Shown in pieces: positions 28,109 through 37,589 of a DNA stretch of 64,000 bases. Position numbers and translations under genes: made by a program. The stretch is taken from contig CAZVKA010000003.1 of the NCBI GenBank assembly GCA_964627595.1, positions 1,257 through 65,256 on the forward strand, read 5' to 3'. Origin of the DNA: an uncultured Flavobacteriaceae bacterium (GTDB taxonomy: Bacteria > Bacteroidota > Bacteroidia > Flavobacteriales > Flavobacteriaceae). Positions within the stretch are counted from its first letter, which is position 1. Every line of letters starts with the position of its first letter. The notes under the pieces were generated by a model. It saw only the letters and a list, made by a program, of their open reading frames with translations. It had not been told where the DNA came from and searched no databases.

Positions 28109-28888
28109 ATGAAGACTATAATCAGATTGGCCATTTGTTTCGCAGTAATGATACAGAGCCAGGCTTTTGGCCAGTCTGGTTCCATGGTCAAAATAGAAGG
28201 AGGGGAGTTCATTCCTTTATACGGCACTGATTCTGCAGTACAAATAGATGACTTCTATATGGACGTCTACCCTGTGACTAACGCAGAGTTCCTGGAATTT
28301 CTAAAGAAGAATCCGAAATGGAAGCGATCACAAGTGAAGAAACTCTTTGCAGACGAAAGTTACCTTAAAGACTGGATCGATGATGAAACTCTGGCACCGG
28401 GTGATTTACCAAATTCCCCTGTCACTAATGTTTCCTGGTATGCTGCAAAGAATTACTGCGAGTGTGAGGGAAAGAGGCTTGCCACGGTAGATGAATGGGA
28501 GTATGTAGGAATGGCTAATGAAGAGCTTCCCGATGCACGGGAGTTAAAGACCTATAATAACTACATTCTTAGCTGGTACGAAACACCACAAACCCATAAA
28601 AAAGAGATTGGAAGTACTTTTAAAAATTACTGGGGAGTGTATGATATGCATGGGCTGGTTTGGGAATGGACCTTGGACTTCAATTCGGTAATGATTGGGG
28701 GAGAATCCAGGAAAGACAGGACAGGAGATAATAATCTATTTTGCGGTGCCGCTGCGGTAGGAGCCACAGATCTAATGAATTATGCAGCGTTCATGCGATA
28801 TGCCTTTCGCGGAAGTATGAAGGCTAAATATTCCACTAAAAACCTTGGCTTTAGATGTGTACGGGATGTAGACAAAGAAGCTTTTTAA
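28109..28888 (+). CDS. Formylglycine-generating-enzyme-fold protein (NirV-like)
   Basis: PVTNAEF, PVTNVSWYAA, RLATVDEWE, DMHGLVWEW, NLGFRC; follows nirK. Confidence 0.85.
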   Translation: MKTIIRLAICFAVMIQSQAFGQSGSMVKIEGGEFIPLYGTDSAVQIDDFYMDVYPVTNAEFLEFLKKNPKWKRSQVKKLFADESYLKDWIDDETLAPGDLPNSPVTNVSWYAAKNYCECEGKRLATVDEWEYVGMANEELPDARELKTYNNYILSWYETPQTHKKEIGSTFKNYWGVYDMHGLVWEWTLDFNSVMIGGESRKDRTGDNNLFCGAAAVGATDLMNYAAFMRYAFRGSMKAKYSTKNLGFRCVRDVDKEAF

Positions 28889-28900
28889 AAAGAAAGAAAG

Positions 28901-29524
28901 ATGAGAAACGTTATATGGATATTTGTATTCGCAGTTTTTTTTGCTGCCTGTAATAGTACCGGTAATGAGGAAGTCAAAGATAAGGAAGAAATAGCCGAAG
29001 CTAAAATTCCTGACCTTTCCAAAGAGTTGCCCGAGCTCTCCATCTATAATCTGCCTTCTACCTGGACCACACAAGATAATGAGAATATTGAACTGGAGGA
29101 TCTTAGGGGAAATGTCCTGGTAATGGTGATGATCTATACCTCGTGTAAAGCCGCCTGTCCACGACTGGTAGCCGATATGCGGAACATTGAGAAACAGGTG
29201 CCCGAAAATGACCTGGACCGTGTGAAGTTTATCATGGTGAGCATAGATCCCGAAACGGATACCCCCCAGCGCCTGAAGAAATTTTCAGAAGAAAATCTCA
29301 TGACAGATGACCATTGGATGTTCCTGAGAGGCACCCCCGAAGATACCCGCGAATTTGCAGCGGTACTGGCCGTAAGTTACAAGAAGATCTCTCCCATTGA
29401 TTTTTCTCACTCCAATATCATCAGCGTGTTTGATGAAGAAGGCGTGCTGGTGCACCAACAGGAAGGTCTTGGAGTAGATAATGAAGAAACGGTAGCCGCC
29501 ATTCACAGCGAAGTTTCTAATTAG
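28901..29524 (+). CDS. SCO-family copper chaperone lipoprotein
   Basis: Lipobox FAAC; YTSCKAACP; SIDPETDTP; conserved His (FSHS). Confidence 0.92.
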   Translation: MRNVIWIFVFAVFFAACNSTGNEEVKDKEEIAEAKIPDLSKELPELSIYNLPSTWTTQDNENIELEDLRGNVLVMVMIYTSCKAACPRLVADMRNIEKQVPENDLDRVKFIMVSIDPETDTPQRLKKFSEENLMTDDHWMFLRGTPEDTREFAAVLAVSYKKISPIDFSHSNIISVFDEEGVLVHQQEGLGVDNEETVAAIHSEVSN

Positions 29525-29548
29525 AGAAGATTTTTGTTACAGATAAAG

Positions 29549-29586
29549 ACTGCCCGGAAGAAAATGATCTTTCGGGCAGTTTTTTT
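29549..29586 (+). terminator. Terminator after nirK-nirV-sco
   Basis: actgcccggaag...ctttcgggcagt followed by T-run. Confidence 0.8.
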
Positions 29587-29721
29587 GATTTGTCCCAAAT
29601 ATAATGTCATTTCCGAATTACGCAGTTTAAATTGTGAGCACATAAACAATTAATTATCAATGAATTAACCATGAATAAGATGAGGGTGAGGTAATATTGT
29701 AAGTTTCTTAAATGATAAGCT

Positions 29722-30534
29722 ATGAAAAAGTATTTACTATTGTTTTCTCTCCTGGCAGGAGTATTTTTTATTTCCTGCAGTGGAGATGATGACGGCGAGG
29801 GTAAGCCTGGTTTTGCCGTGCAGGGTACTTTAAAAGTGGGGAACCAGATCTATCAAAATGGTACAATAACGGTTGATTATATTCATTTGAATCATGACGG
29901 ATGGGTAGCAATCTATCGTTACACTGACAGGCGGGAAGAATTATTGGGTTATTCTTTCCTGCAGGCCGGAACACATCAAGATGTTATTGTTGAGTTGGAA
30001 GAATTTGTTGCTGTGGAGAATGTAAGGCTTTTAGCTTTGTTGCATCTGGATGTGAACGAAAATGAACTGTTTGACTGGGATGGACAGACTGGCAATGATT
30101 TGCCCCTAAAAAGGTGGGATGTGGAGGTAGCTCGACAGTTTAGCATCTACATGAGAAGTGATTTTGTTAATTTTTGGATAACTGTAGAAGACCAGACTCT
30201 TGCAACCGGTCCTTTTTGGGATTCGCTTAATGTTCTTGAAATTGATCTTGAACTAATAAAGGAATTACTTAAGAGCAATACAGCATGGGTAGTAGCTTAT
30301 AATTGGGGTGTCGATGGTCCTAATGAGATCATAGGAGGTTCTGATGTTCTCGAAGTGAAAAGGCACGAGCAAGTAAACATATGGATGTGGGGACGAGTCC
30401 AACCAGGAGATGTTATATGGCTTGTATTACATGATGACATGGGGGAACGAGGCGTGTTTGAAGAATTAGATGACATGGTTTGGGACCCGGAAAGGGAAGC
30501 TTTTTTAATGACTCCTGTCAGAATTAAATTTTAA
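29722..30534 (+). CDS. Lipoprotein with two internal repeats (DUF7282-like)
   Basis: Lipobox FISC followed by acidic export signal; repeats GWVAIY..LLG.S.L.AG.H..V...LLALLH.D and AWVVAY..IIG.S.VL...H..V...WLVLHDD. Confidence 0.7.
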   Translation: MKKYLLLFSLLAGVFFISCSGDDDGEGKPGFAVQGTLKVGNQIYQNGTITVDYIHLNHDGWVAIYRYTDRREELLGYSFLQAGTHQDVIVELEEFVAVENVRLLALLHLDVNENELFDWDGQTGNDLPLKRWDVEVARQFSIYMRSDFVNFWITVEDQTLATGPFWDSLNVLEIDLELIKELLKSNTAWVVAYNWGVDGPNEIIGGSDVLEVKRHEQVNIWMWGRVQPGDVIWLVLHDDMGERGVFEELDDMVWDPEREAFLMTPVRIKF

Positions 30535-30556
30535 ATTTCGAATAAATTCAAATGTT

Positions 30557-30590
30557 ACTGCCCGAAACATACTTTCGGGCAGTTATTTTT
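30557..30590 (+). terminator. Terminator, near-copy of the one at 29549
   Basis: actgcccgaaa-catac-tttcgggcagt followed by tattttt. Confidence 0.8.
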
Positions 30591-30692
30591 AATATGGAAT
30601 TGACGCAAGATTATTATATGCACCTGTTCTCTTTGGATTCTGCAGGAATAAGATATTATTTTTAATTTAGAGATAGCCTAACCGCTAGCGTC

Positions 30693-31454
30693 ATGACAGC
30701 TATTATATCCTTACTCATCATCATTACCCTTTCGGTATTGGCCACCCGTATTGGTACCTTGGCCCTTGTCCATACCGGACTTTCAAAGGAGACTGCAAAA
30801 TTCCAGGCAAGATCGGCCTTTATGGGAGTAGGTTTTACAACGAGGGAGTCTGAGCTGGTAGTAAACAATCCGGTGCGAAGAAGAATCCTTACCATTCTGA
30901 TCTTTCTTGGAAATGCAGGGATTATTACCACTATTTCTTCTGCTATCTTTAGTTTTATTTCCCTGGAAAGATCAGGTTTTTTCTCGGTGGAAGTTATAGT
31001 CCTTTTTTCGGGTTTTTTTATACTCTTGTTTCTAGCTCGAAGTAAATGGGTGGAAAGAAAACTTTCCCGAATCATTAATAAAGCCCTGAAGAAATATACC
31101 TATCTGGATGTAAAAGATTATTACAGCCTACTGCACATTTCTGAAGATTATCGGGTTTCAGAGGTTAGGGTTATGGAAAAGAACTGGCTTTCCAATCGGA
31201 AGTTAAGTGAGGTGGATCTTGGTGCGGAAGGAATTATGGTGCTGGGGATAAAACGAAATAATGGGGACTACCTGGGAGCCCCGGTGGGGGAAACCAGGAT
31301 TGAAGATAATGACACCCTTATCCTATATGGTCGAACTGATTTGTTAAACCAGCTGGAGAGCCGTAGGGAAGGGGTTTCCGGCGATCAGGAACATAGGGAG
31401 GCAGTGATGCAACAGGAAGAAATAGTGAGGGAGCAAAAGGAAAATAAAACCTAA
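30693..31454 (+). CDS. Membrane protein with C-terminal TrkA-C (RCK_C) domain
   Basis: TM-ARSAFMGVGFTTRESE-TM-TM, then GIMVLGIKR...P.GETRIE.NDTLILYG. Confidence 0.85.
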   Translation: MTAIISLLIIITLSVLATRIGTLALVHTGLSKETAKFQARSAFMGVGFTTRESELVVNNPVRRRILTILIFLGNAGIITTISSAIFSFISLERSGFFSVEVIVLFSGFFILLFLARSKWVERKLSRIINKALKKYTYLDVKDYYSLLHISEDYRVSEVRVMEKNWLSNRKLSEVDLGAEGIMVLGIKRNNGDYLGAPVGETRIEDNDTLILYGRTDLLNQLESRREGVSGDQEHREAVMQQEEIVREQKENKT

Positions 31455-31477
31455 TAAACCTTCTATTTTTCTTATGA

Positions 31478-31918
31478 TCACACATTCTCTCCCAGGTCTA
31501 CATTCACCATCCAATTCACCCCGAATTTATCTGTGAACATTCCGAAGTAAGGGCTCCAAAAGGTTTTTTCGAGAGGCATGGTGACCTTTCCGCCTTCCGA
31601 AAGTTTTTCGAAAAGATCGTCAGCCTCTTCCTTGCTGTCAGTATTAATTGAAATGGAAAAATTATTTCCTGCTTTGACCGGTGGTCCAAACGCTGTAGAG
31701 GTATCACTGCCCATTAAGGCTGTTTCGTCACTTATTGGCAGGCTTACATGCATGATCTTGTCTTTTTCAGAATCAGGCAGGCTGGGGTGATCCTCACTGG
31801 GAGGCATATCTTCAAAGGTGCCTAAATAGGAAAAATCTCCGCCAAAAGCGGTCTTGTAGAACTCAAATGCTTCCCGGCAATTGCCGTTGAAGGTCAGGTA
31901 AAGATTTACTGTTGTCAT
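31478..31918 (-). CDS. VOC/PhnB (YjdN-like) family protein
   Basis: YLTFNGNCREAFEFY, IMHVSL, MPLEKTFW, DKFGVNW. Confidence 0.9.
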   Translation of the reverse strand: MTTVNLYLTFNGNCREAFEFYKTAFGGDFSYLGTFEDMPPSEDHPSLPDSEKDKIMHVSLPISDETALMGSDTSTAFGPPVKAGNNFSISINTDSKEEADDLFEKLSEGGKVTMPLEKTFWSPYFGMFTDKFGVNWMVNVDLGENV

Positions 31919-31956
31919 GATCTAATAGTTTATAGTTGTTAAAAAAATATTTACTG

Positions 31957-34647
31957 CTACTTATGTATATAACTCTTCCTTATATAGATTTTAAATACCT
32001 CCATGGTCATCAGGATCAGGGTTGCCGTAAAGAACAGCAATACCCACTCACGGCCTGCAATGGGATATAACGAAAGCAGGTTTTGCATGAATGGGACTTG
32101 TAGGGCAAGAATGTGAATGCCCTGTGCGATGAGTATTCCATAGATCAGAAAATAATTATTGCTTAGAGGAATTCGAAAGATTGACCTTCTTTCTGAACGA
32201 CAATTAAGGGTATGAAAGTTTTGCAAGAGTACCATGAGCATGAGTACCGCATTACGGGCAACAGGTTCCTCCCATTTCAATTGATTGAGCAAATGATACC
32301 AGAGCCCGAAGGCGAGCAGGCTGATCACCGTGGCAGAAATCAGTGTCTGCCTGATCATTAAGGGATCAAAGATGGATTCATCTGGTTTTCGCGGCGGCAT
32401 AAGCATCACCTTCTTTTCACCCTTTTCAAAGGCCAGTGCTACATCCTGTATCCCATTGGTCACCAGGTTAAGCCACAGCAATTGTACGGGAAGGAAGGGT
32501 AGTGGCAGCATGAAAGCGAGAGCCAGACCAATAGTGACCAGTTCTGCCGCTCCTGTTGAAATGAGCAGGTAGATAATCTTTCTCAGGTTACTGTAGGTGA
32601 ATCTTCCTTCTTCTATTCCGGCCTCGATAGAGGCGAAATTATTGTCAGTTATAATAATGGAGGAGGTGTCTTTTGCCACATCTGTACCGTAACCCATAGC
32701 TACTCCAATATTTGCAGTTTTTAGAGCAGGGGCGTCGTTAACCCCGTCTCCCGTTACTGCAATAAAATGACCGGCGTCTCTGAGGGATTGGACGATATGT
32801 TGTTTCTGCTGCGGAGAAACTCTCGAAAAAACTCTTTTTGAATATAGTACTTCATTAAATTTCTCTTTTTGATTAATGATTTCATTAAGTTCGGCTCCTG
32901 TGGTAAGTTGCTCTTTATTCTTTGCGATCCCTACTTCTCGCGAGATGGCAAGTGCAGTAGCAGGATGATCTCCTGTGATCATGGCGACTTCTATTCCGGC
33001 CTTGTGACAGGCTTCTACTGCAGGAGCTGCTTCTGGCCGTAAAGGATCAATGAGAGTTACGAACCCAAGGAGATCCATTGAAGGTAGTTCTCCTACCGGT
33101 AAAACTTTTTTGACAGGTCCCCCGCCAACAGCAATGATCCTGTATCCGTTTTCTGCATAATGTACTGCCTCCTCAAGAAGTGCCAAATCCTGTTCGGGGT
33201 CTAAATGCTCTTTAATTTTTTCAATAGCACCTTTAACAGCGATCATTAATTGGACTGACCCTTCCTTTTGGTAATAGACCGCGGCGTATTGTCTTTCAGA
33301 TTCAAAAGGAATCTCGCTAATCTTTTTAATTTTTTCAAGGATATTTTTAGGGGTGTTATATGCTTTGTGAGAAAGACTCAACAATGCCACATCAATAGGA
33401 TCTCCTGCATAGCTCCAACTGCTGTTCTCCTTTAGCAGCTCCCCTTCATTGCAAACCGTTACAGCCTGCAACAGGTCATCAAGCTTAACGCAATCTCCTG
33501 TCCTTACTTCGTTATTTTCGGGAGAAATAATAATACCTTCCCCGTTGTAACCTTCCCCTGTCACTTTAAAGGCCTTTGGACCGGGAAGAACGACGCTTCT
33601 TGCGGTTTGCTGATCTACGGTAAGAGTGCCGGTTTTATCGGTCGCTATAAAAGTGCAGCTTCCAAGTCCTTCCACAGCCGTAAGTTTACGAATGATCACA
33701 TTTCTTTTTGCCATCCTTGAAGCACCAATGGAAAGTGCTACAGTCATCGCAATAGGTAACCCTTCAGGAATAGCCGAAACAGCTACTGCTACCACAAAGA
33801 AAAAGATTTCCCGTAGCGGAATCCCGCTAAAATAGCCTAACACTCCCAAAAAGGTGCTGGCCCCCAGAACAATGTAGCTGATCCTCCTGGTAAATTTTTC
33901 CATTCTTTTCACCAAAGGGGGTTTTCCTATGGACAGTTCCTTGAGGGAAGAAGCGATCTTCCCAATTTCAGTGTTTAGGGCGGTGGCGACCACCAGGCCT
34001 GTTCCCCTTCCCGTCGTTATGGTAGTCCCGGCAAAAAGCATGTTGAATCTTTCCGCAACCGCCACCTCTTTTTCGGGAATTATTTTACTGTGCTTATTAA
34101 TGGCCAGGGACTCCCCGGTGAGAATAGCCTCTTCTGCAGTGAGATTATTTTCCGTGATGATCCTAATATCTGCCGGTACTTTATTCCCTGATTCTAGGAT
34201 GACCACATCCCCCGGGACCAGTTCTTCGCTGTCCAACACTATGGTTTTGTCATCCCTTTTTACCTTGGCCTTAATTTTTATGAGGTCTTCCAGGGCAGAA
34301 GCTTTAGCCTCTGCCTTATGCTCCTGGTAAGCTCCTATAACAGCATTTAGAATAAGAACAAGGAAGATGAACCCGGCATCAGAATACTCCTTTAGAGCTA
34401 AAGCAAGAATCGCTGCGGCAAGTAGTACATAGATAAGCGGACTTAAAAACTGGTTTAAAATAATTTTTAGGAGCGTAATCTTCTTTTTGGTCGGTAAGAC
34501 ATTCCTGCCATATTTTGAAACTCTTTTGGAAACCTCCTCGTAAGAAAGCCCTTCCGGAGAGCTTTCCAACCCAGCGTAAACTTCTTCTGCAGATTTCCGG
34601 TGCCATTCCATTTCCGTCATGACAAAAAATATGTTTTTAGGCGCCAT
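31957..34647 (-). CDS. P2-type cation-transporting ATPase (start may be 34620)
   Basis: LTGES, AIPEGL, DKTGTLT, KGA, MITGD, GDGVNDAP, QLLWLNLVTN. Confidence 0.93.
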   Translation of the reverse strand: MAPKNIFFVMTEMEWHRKSAEEVYAGLESSPEGLSYEEVSKRVSKYGRNVLPTKKKITLLKIILNQFLSPLIYVLLAAAILALALKEYSDAGFIFLVLILNAVIGAYQEHKAEAKASALEDLIKIKAKVKRDDKTIVLDSEELVPGDVVILESGNKVPADIRIITENNLTAEEAILTGESLAINKHSKIIPEKEVAVAERFNMLFAGTTITTGRGTGLVVATALNTEIGKIASSLKELSIGKPPLVKRMEKFTRRISYIVLGASTFLGVLGYFSGIPLREIFFFVVAVAVSAIPEGLPIAMTVALSIGASRMAKRNVIIRKLTAVEGLGSCTFIATDKTGTLTVDQQTARSVVLPGPKAFKVTGEGYNGEGIIISPENNEVRTGDCVKLDDLLQAVTVCNEGELLKENSSWSYAGDPIDVALLSLSHKAYNTPKNILEKIKKISEIPFESERQYAAVYYQKEGSVQLMIAVKGAIEKIKEHLDPEQDLALLEEAVHYAENGYRIIAVGGGPVKKVLPVGELPSMDLLGFVTLIDPLRPEAAPAVEACHKAGIEVAMITGDHPATALAISREVGIAKNKEQLTTGAELNEIINQKEKFNEVLYSKRVFSRVSPQQKQHIVQSLRDAGHFIAVTGDGVNDAPALKTANIGVAMGYGTDVAKDTSSIIITDNNFASIEAGIEEGRFTYSNLRKIIYLLISTGAAELVTIGLALAFMLPLPFLPVQLLWLNLVTNGIQDVALAFEKGEKKVMLMPPRKPDESIFDPLMIRQTLISATVISLLAFGLWYHLLNQLKWEEPVARNAVLMLMVLLQNFHTLNCRSERRSIFRIPLSNNYFLIYGILIAQGIHILALQVPFMQNLLSLYPIAGREWVLLFFTATLILMTMEVFKIYIRKSYIHK

Positions 34648-34784
34648 GGGGGAACAAGCAGGTGATCATCTTCAAAGTGGCAGGTTTTGGGAATTGTGGA
34701 AAAACCTGGCCTGTCTTGTATTAAAGATAATGAAGAAGTATGGGTTTTAAGAGGTAAATGCTAAAAAGTACCGCCTTGCAACCT

Positions 34785-37154
34785 TTAAATTTTTTTTCCT
34801 ATAAAATTAGTGCAAACTGTAGTGAATACAATGATACTGACAGAACTCAACGGCATCAGGATCGCGGCGATAATAGGAGATAGTTGCCCGGTGACCGCAA
34901 AGTACAAGCCTACGATGTTATAAAGAAAAGACAATATCATACTTACTTTGATCACCTTAATCGCCGCTTTTGAAGCTTTAATGAAGCCAAACAATTTGGT
35001 AAATGCCGAAGCATCCAGAATGCCGTCGCAGGCCGGGGAGAACACATTTACATTCTCAGAAATGGCGATCCCTACTTCACTTTGTGCCAGGGCCCCGGCA
35101 TCATTAAGCCCGTCACCCACCATAATGGTTTTACGGCCTTTTTGCTGCATTCGCTTTATGAATTCCAGTTTATCCTCGGGCTTCTGATTGAAGTGCATTC
35201 CTGTTTTCTTAGGGAGCAGTTTTTCCAGTCTCGACTTTTCCCCTTCATTGTCACCTGAAAGTATTGAAAGATGATACTCCTGTGCCAGTTCCCCAAAAAG
35301 TTCTTTTGCTCCCTCGCGGTATTCATTGTAAAAAATATACCGCCCTTTATATTGGTTGTTCGCACTCACATGTACAGATGTGTTCAAAGTGGCGACGGCA
35401 GAAGTATTTCCCACAAATTCGGCAGAACCTACTTTCATCGCGCTCTGGTGGTACACGGCTTCAATACCTTTCCCGGTAATTTCCCTGAATTCCTGAGGCG
35501 GGGAGATCTCATATTCGGCCAGCATATCGTAAAGAGTGCGGCTAAGAGGGTGATTGGAGGCTCTTAGGGTATTTTTCAGTAAAGATTCCTCTTCCGCAGA
35601 AAGTTCGATCCCATCGTAGGTAATGCTGCTCTTTTTATTGGAGGTGATGGTTCCGGTCTTGTCAAAGATCAGCATATCTGCCTTTGCCAGCTGCTCGATG
35701 ACCCCGGCATTTTTAAGGTAGAATTTTTTATTTCCGAAGATACGCAGCAAATTCCCAAGCGTAAAGGGCGTGGACATTGCCAGGGCACAGGGACAGGCAA
35801 TAATGAGTACTGCAGTGAAAACATTAATGGCAATTGCCATGTTTATAAATGCCCAGTAGGCCGTAGCCGTGAAAGCGATCAACAGTAAAACTACCGTAAA
35901 ATACTGACTTATGTTATTGATCAGGGAAGTAAAGGAATCTTCTTTTCTGGTCTGAAAAACATCGTTACTCCACAATTTAGTGAGATAACTCTGGGATACC
36001 GATTTCAGCGCTTCCATTTCCATGACTCCTGAAAGTTGTCTTCCCCCGGCAAAAAGTTTGTCGCCACTCTCTTTTTGCACCGCTTCAGACTCTCCTGTCA
36101 CAAAACTATAGTCGATACGGGCATTGCCGTTAATGAGGATTCCGTCAACCGGGATGAGCTCCTCGTTTCTTATAAGAATTCGGTCTCCTTGTTCAATTTC
36201 ATTTACGTGTACGCTTTCTTCTTTTCCTTCGGAAGTAATACGGGTAATACCAATGGGGAAATAGGATTTATAATCCCTTTCAAAAGAAAGGAAATTATAG
36301 GTCTTCTGCTGAAAGAACTTTCCGAGGGTGAGAAAAAAGATGAGTCCTGTGAGACTGTCAAAGAATCCTGTGCCCCAGTCAAAAATGATCTCCATGGTAC
36401 TTCTTAAAAAAAGCACTACTATCCCTAAAGCGAGGGGAACATCGATATTAAGGATCTTTGCCCGCAATCCTTTGTAAGCCGAAATAAAATAATCCTGCGC
36501 CACGTAAAAAACCACCGGCAGGGAAAAAGCGAACATGAGCCATCTAAAGAGGCCTTTGTATTGATCCAGCCAGAATTCGTTGACTTCGAAATATTCTGGA
36601 AAGGAAAGGAACATCACATTGCCAAAGGCAAATCCCGAAACCCCGAGTTTGTAAATGATACTTCGATCAATTTTTTTCTTGGTGCTCTCTGTGTCATCCA
36701 GGCTTATGTAGGGGGCATACCCAATACTGCTCAAAAACAGCACGAGCTCTTTCAAATTTAATCTGTTGGAGTTCCAGGTTATGCGTATGCTTTTCTTTGG
36801 AAAATCTACCTGTGAAGAACTTATCTCTGGCCTTAATTTGTTTAGGTTCTCCAGGATCCAGATGCAGGAACTGCAGTGAATATGAGGAATGTACAGGGAA
36901 ATGACCTGGGTGTTGCCGTCATTGAACTCGAGGAGTTTTTCAGCGATCGCTTCATTGCCTAGAAAGTCAAATTTACCCTCGAATTTTCCGGGTGCCGCAC
37001 CTGGTGCCGCGTCTAAATCATAATATGAAGCGAGACCGTTCTCTGAGAAAATCTCATAGACGGTTTTACACCCATTGCAACAAAAAGACTTTGCATCATA
37101 GACGATGCGGGTCTTTATCTCATCACCACAGTGATAACAAGAAAGATCCTCCAT
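34785..37154 (-). CDS. ccoI: CcoI/FixI-type P1B heavy-metal ATPase
   Basis: ATG at 37154 (MEDLSCYHCG) preferred since the -7 element overlaps the longer ORF start; CCNGC, IHCSSC, ACPC, DKTGT, SNHP, GDGLND. Confidence 0.9.
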   Translation of the reverse strand: MEDLSCYHCGDEIKTRIVYDAKSFCCNGCKTVYEIFSENGLASYYDLDAAPGAAPGKFEGKFDFLGNEAIAEKLLEFNDGNTQVISLYIPHIHCSSCIWILENLNKLRPEISSSQVDFPKKSIRITWNSNRLNLKELVLFLSSIGYAPYISLDDTESTKKKIDRSIIYKLGVSGFAFGNVMFLSFPEYFEVNEFWLDQYKGLFRWLMFAFSLPVVFYVAQDYFISAYKGLRAKILNIDVPLALGIVVLFLRSTMEIIFDWGTGFFDSLTGLIFFLTLGKFFQQKTYNFLSFERDYKSYFPIGITRITSEGKEESVHVNEIEQGDRILIRNEELIPVDGILINGNARIDYSFVTGESEAVQKESGDKLFAGGRQLSGVMEMEALKSVSQSYLTKLWSNDVFQTRKEDSFTSLINNISQYFTVVLLLIAFTATAYWAFINMAIAINVFTAVLIIACPCALAMSTPFTLGNLLRIFGNKKFYLKNAGVIEQLAKADMLIFDKTGTITSNKKSSITYDGIELSAEEESLLKNTLRASNHPLSRTLYDMLAEYEISPPQEFREITGKGIEAVYHQSAMKVGSAEFVGNTSAVATLNTSVHVSANNQYKGRYIFYNEYREGAKELFGELAQEYHLSILSGDNEGEKSRLEKLLPKKTGMHFNQKPEDKLEFIKRMQQKGRKTIMVGDGLNDAGALAQSEVGIAISENVNVFSPACDGILDASAFTKLFGFIKASKAAIKVIKVSMILSFLYNIVGLYFAVTGQLSPIIAAILMPLSSVSIIVFTTVCTNFIGKKI

Positions 37155-37208
37155 AAAAAAATTGCTCGTTTCGTACCGGTGCAAATATTGATAATGAGAG
37201 GATTAAAA

Positions 37209-37228
37209 AATATGACCAGGATCAGGAA
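37209..37228 (-). promoter_or_regulatory. Crp/Fnr-type box upstream of ccoI
   Basis: aataTGA-ccagga-TCAggaa; -7-like AATATTTG (minus) at 37182-37189, 23 nt away. Confidence 0.8.
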
Positions 37229-37309
37229 AAAAGCAAACAAGGTAAAGTGGCCCGAAAATCCTGTTTTGAGAAAACCGGGAGTAAATAATATGGCCTGATT
37301 TAAGTTTAT

Positions 37310-37528
37310 TTATTCTCTCCCAATGGGGTGATCTTCATACCAATCCTCAAAGGTTTTATCTGTAGAATAGTCATCGGTTAGCACCTTATAAACAGTGAAG
37401 AGCCACCAGGCCTGTCCTGCCAGGACTGTATAGAAAACCAGGTCATAGCGCAGGTTAAAAAAAACCATGACAGCTACGGTAACCAGGAGTAATGTAGTGA
37501 CTCCTATGTAAAATATGGGTGATCTCAT
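37310..37528 (-). CDS. Small 2-TM membrane protein
   Basis: 72 aa; two hydrophobic helices and acidic tail (TFEDWYED). Confidence 0.7.
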   Translation of the reverse strand: MRSPIFYIGVTTLLLVTVAVMVFFNLRYDLVFYTVLAGQAWWLFTVYKVLTDDYSTDKTFEDWYEDHPIGRE

Positions 37529-37589
37529 GCTTTTAAGATAAGAAACACTGGATCTGAATTGCGTTAAGAGACTTGTAAATCAATCTTAA

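Noticed and set aside
34659-34678. TGA-tcatct-TCA upstream of the P2-type ATPase
   Set aside because: Flanks do not fit the consensus and no -7 element lies 23 nt away; bare cores are expected by chance.
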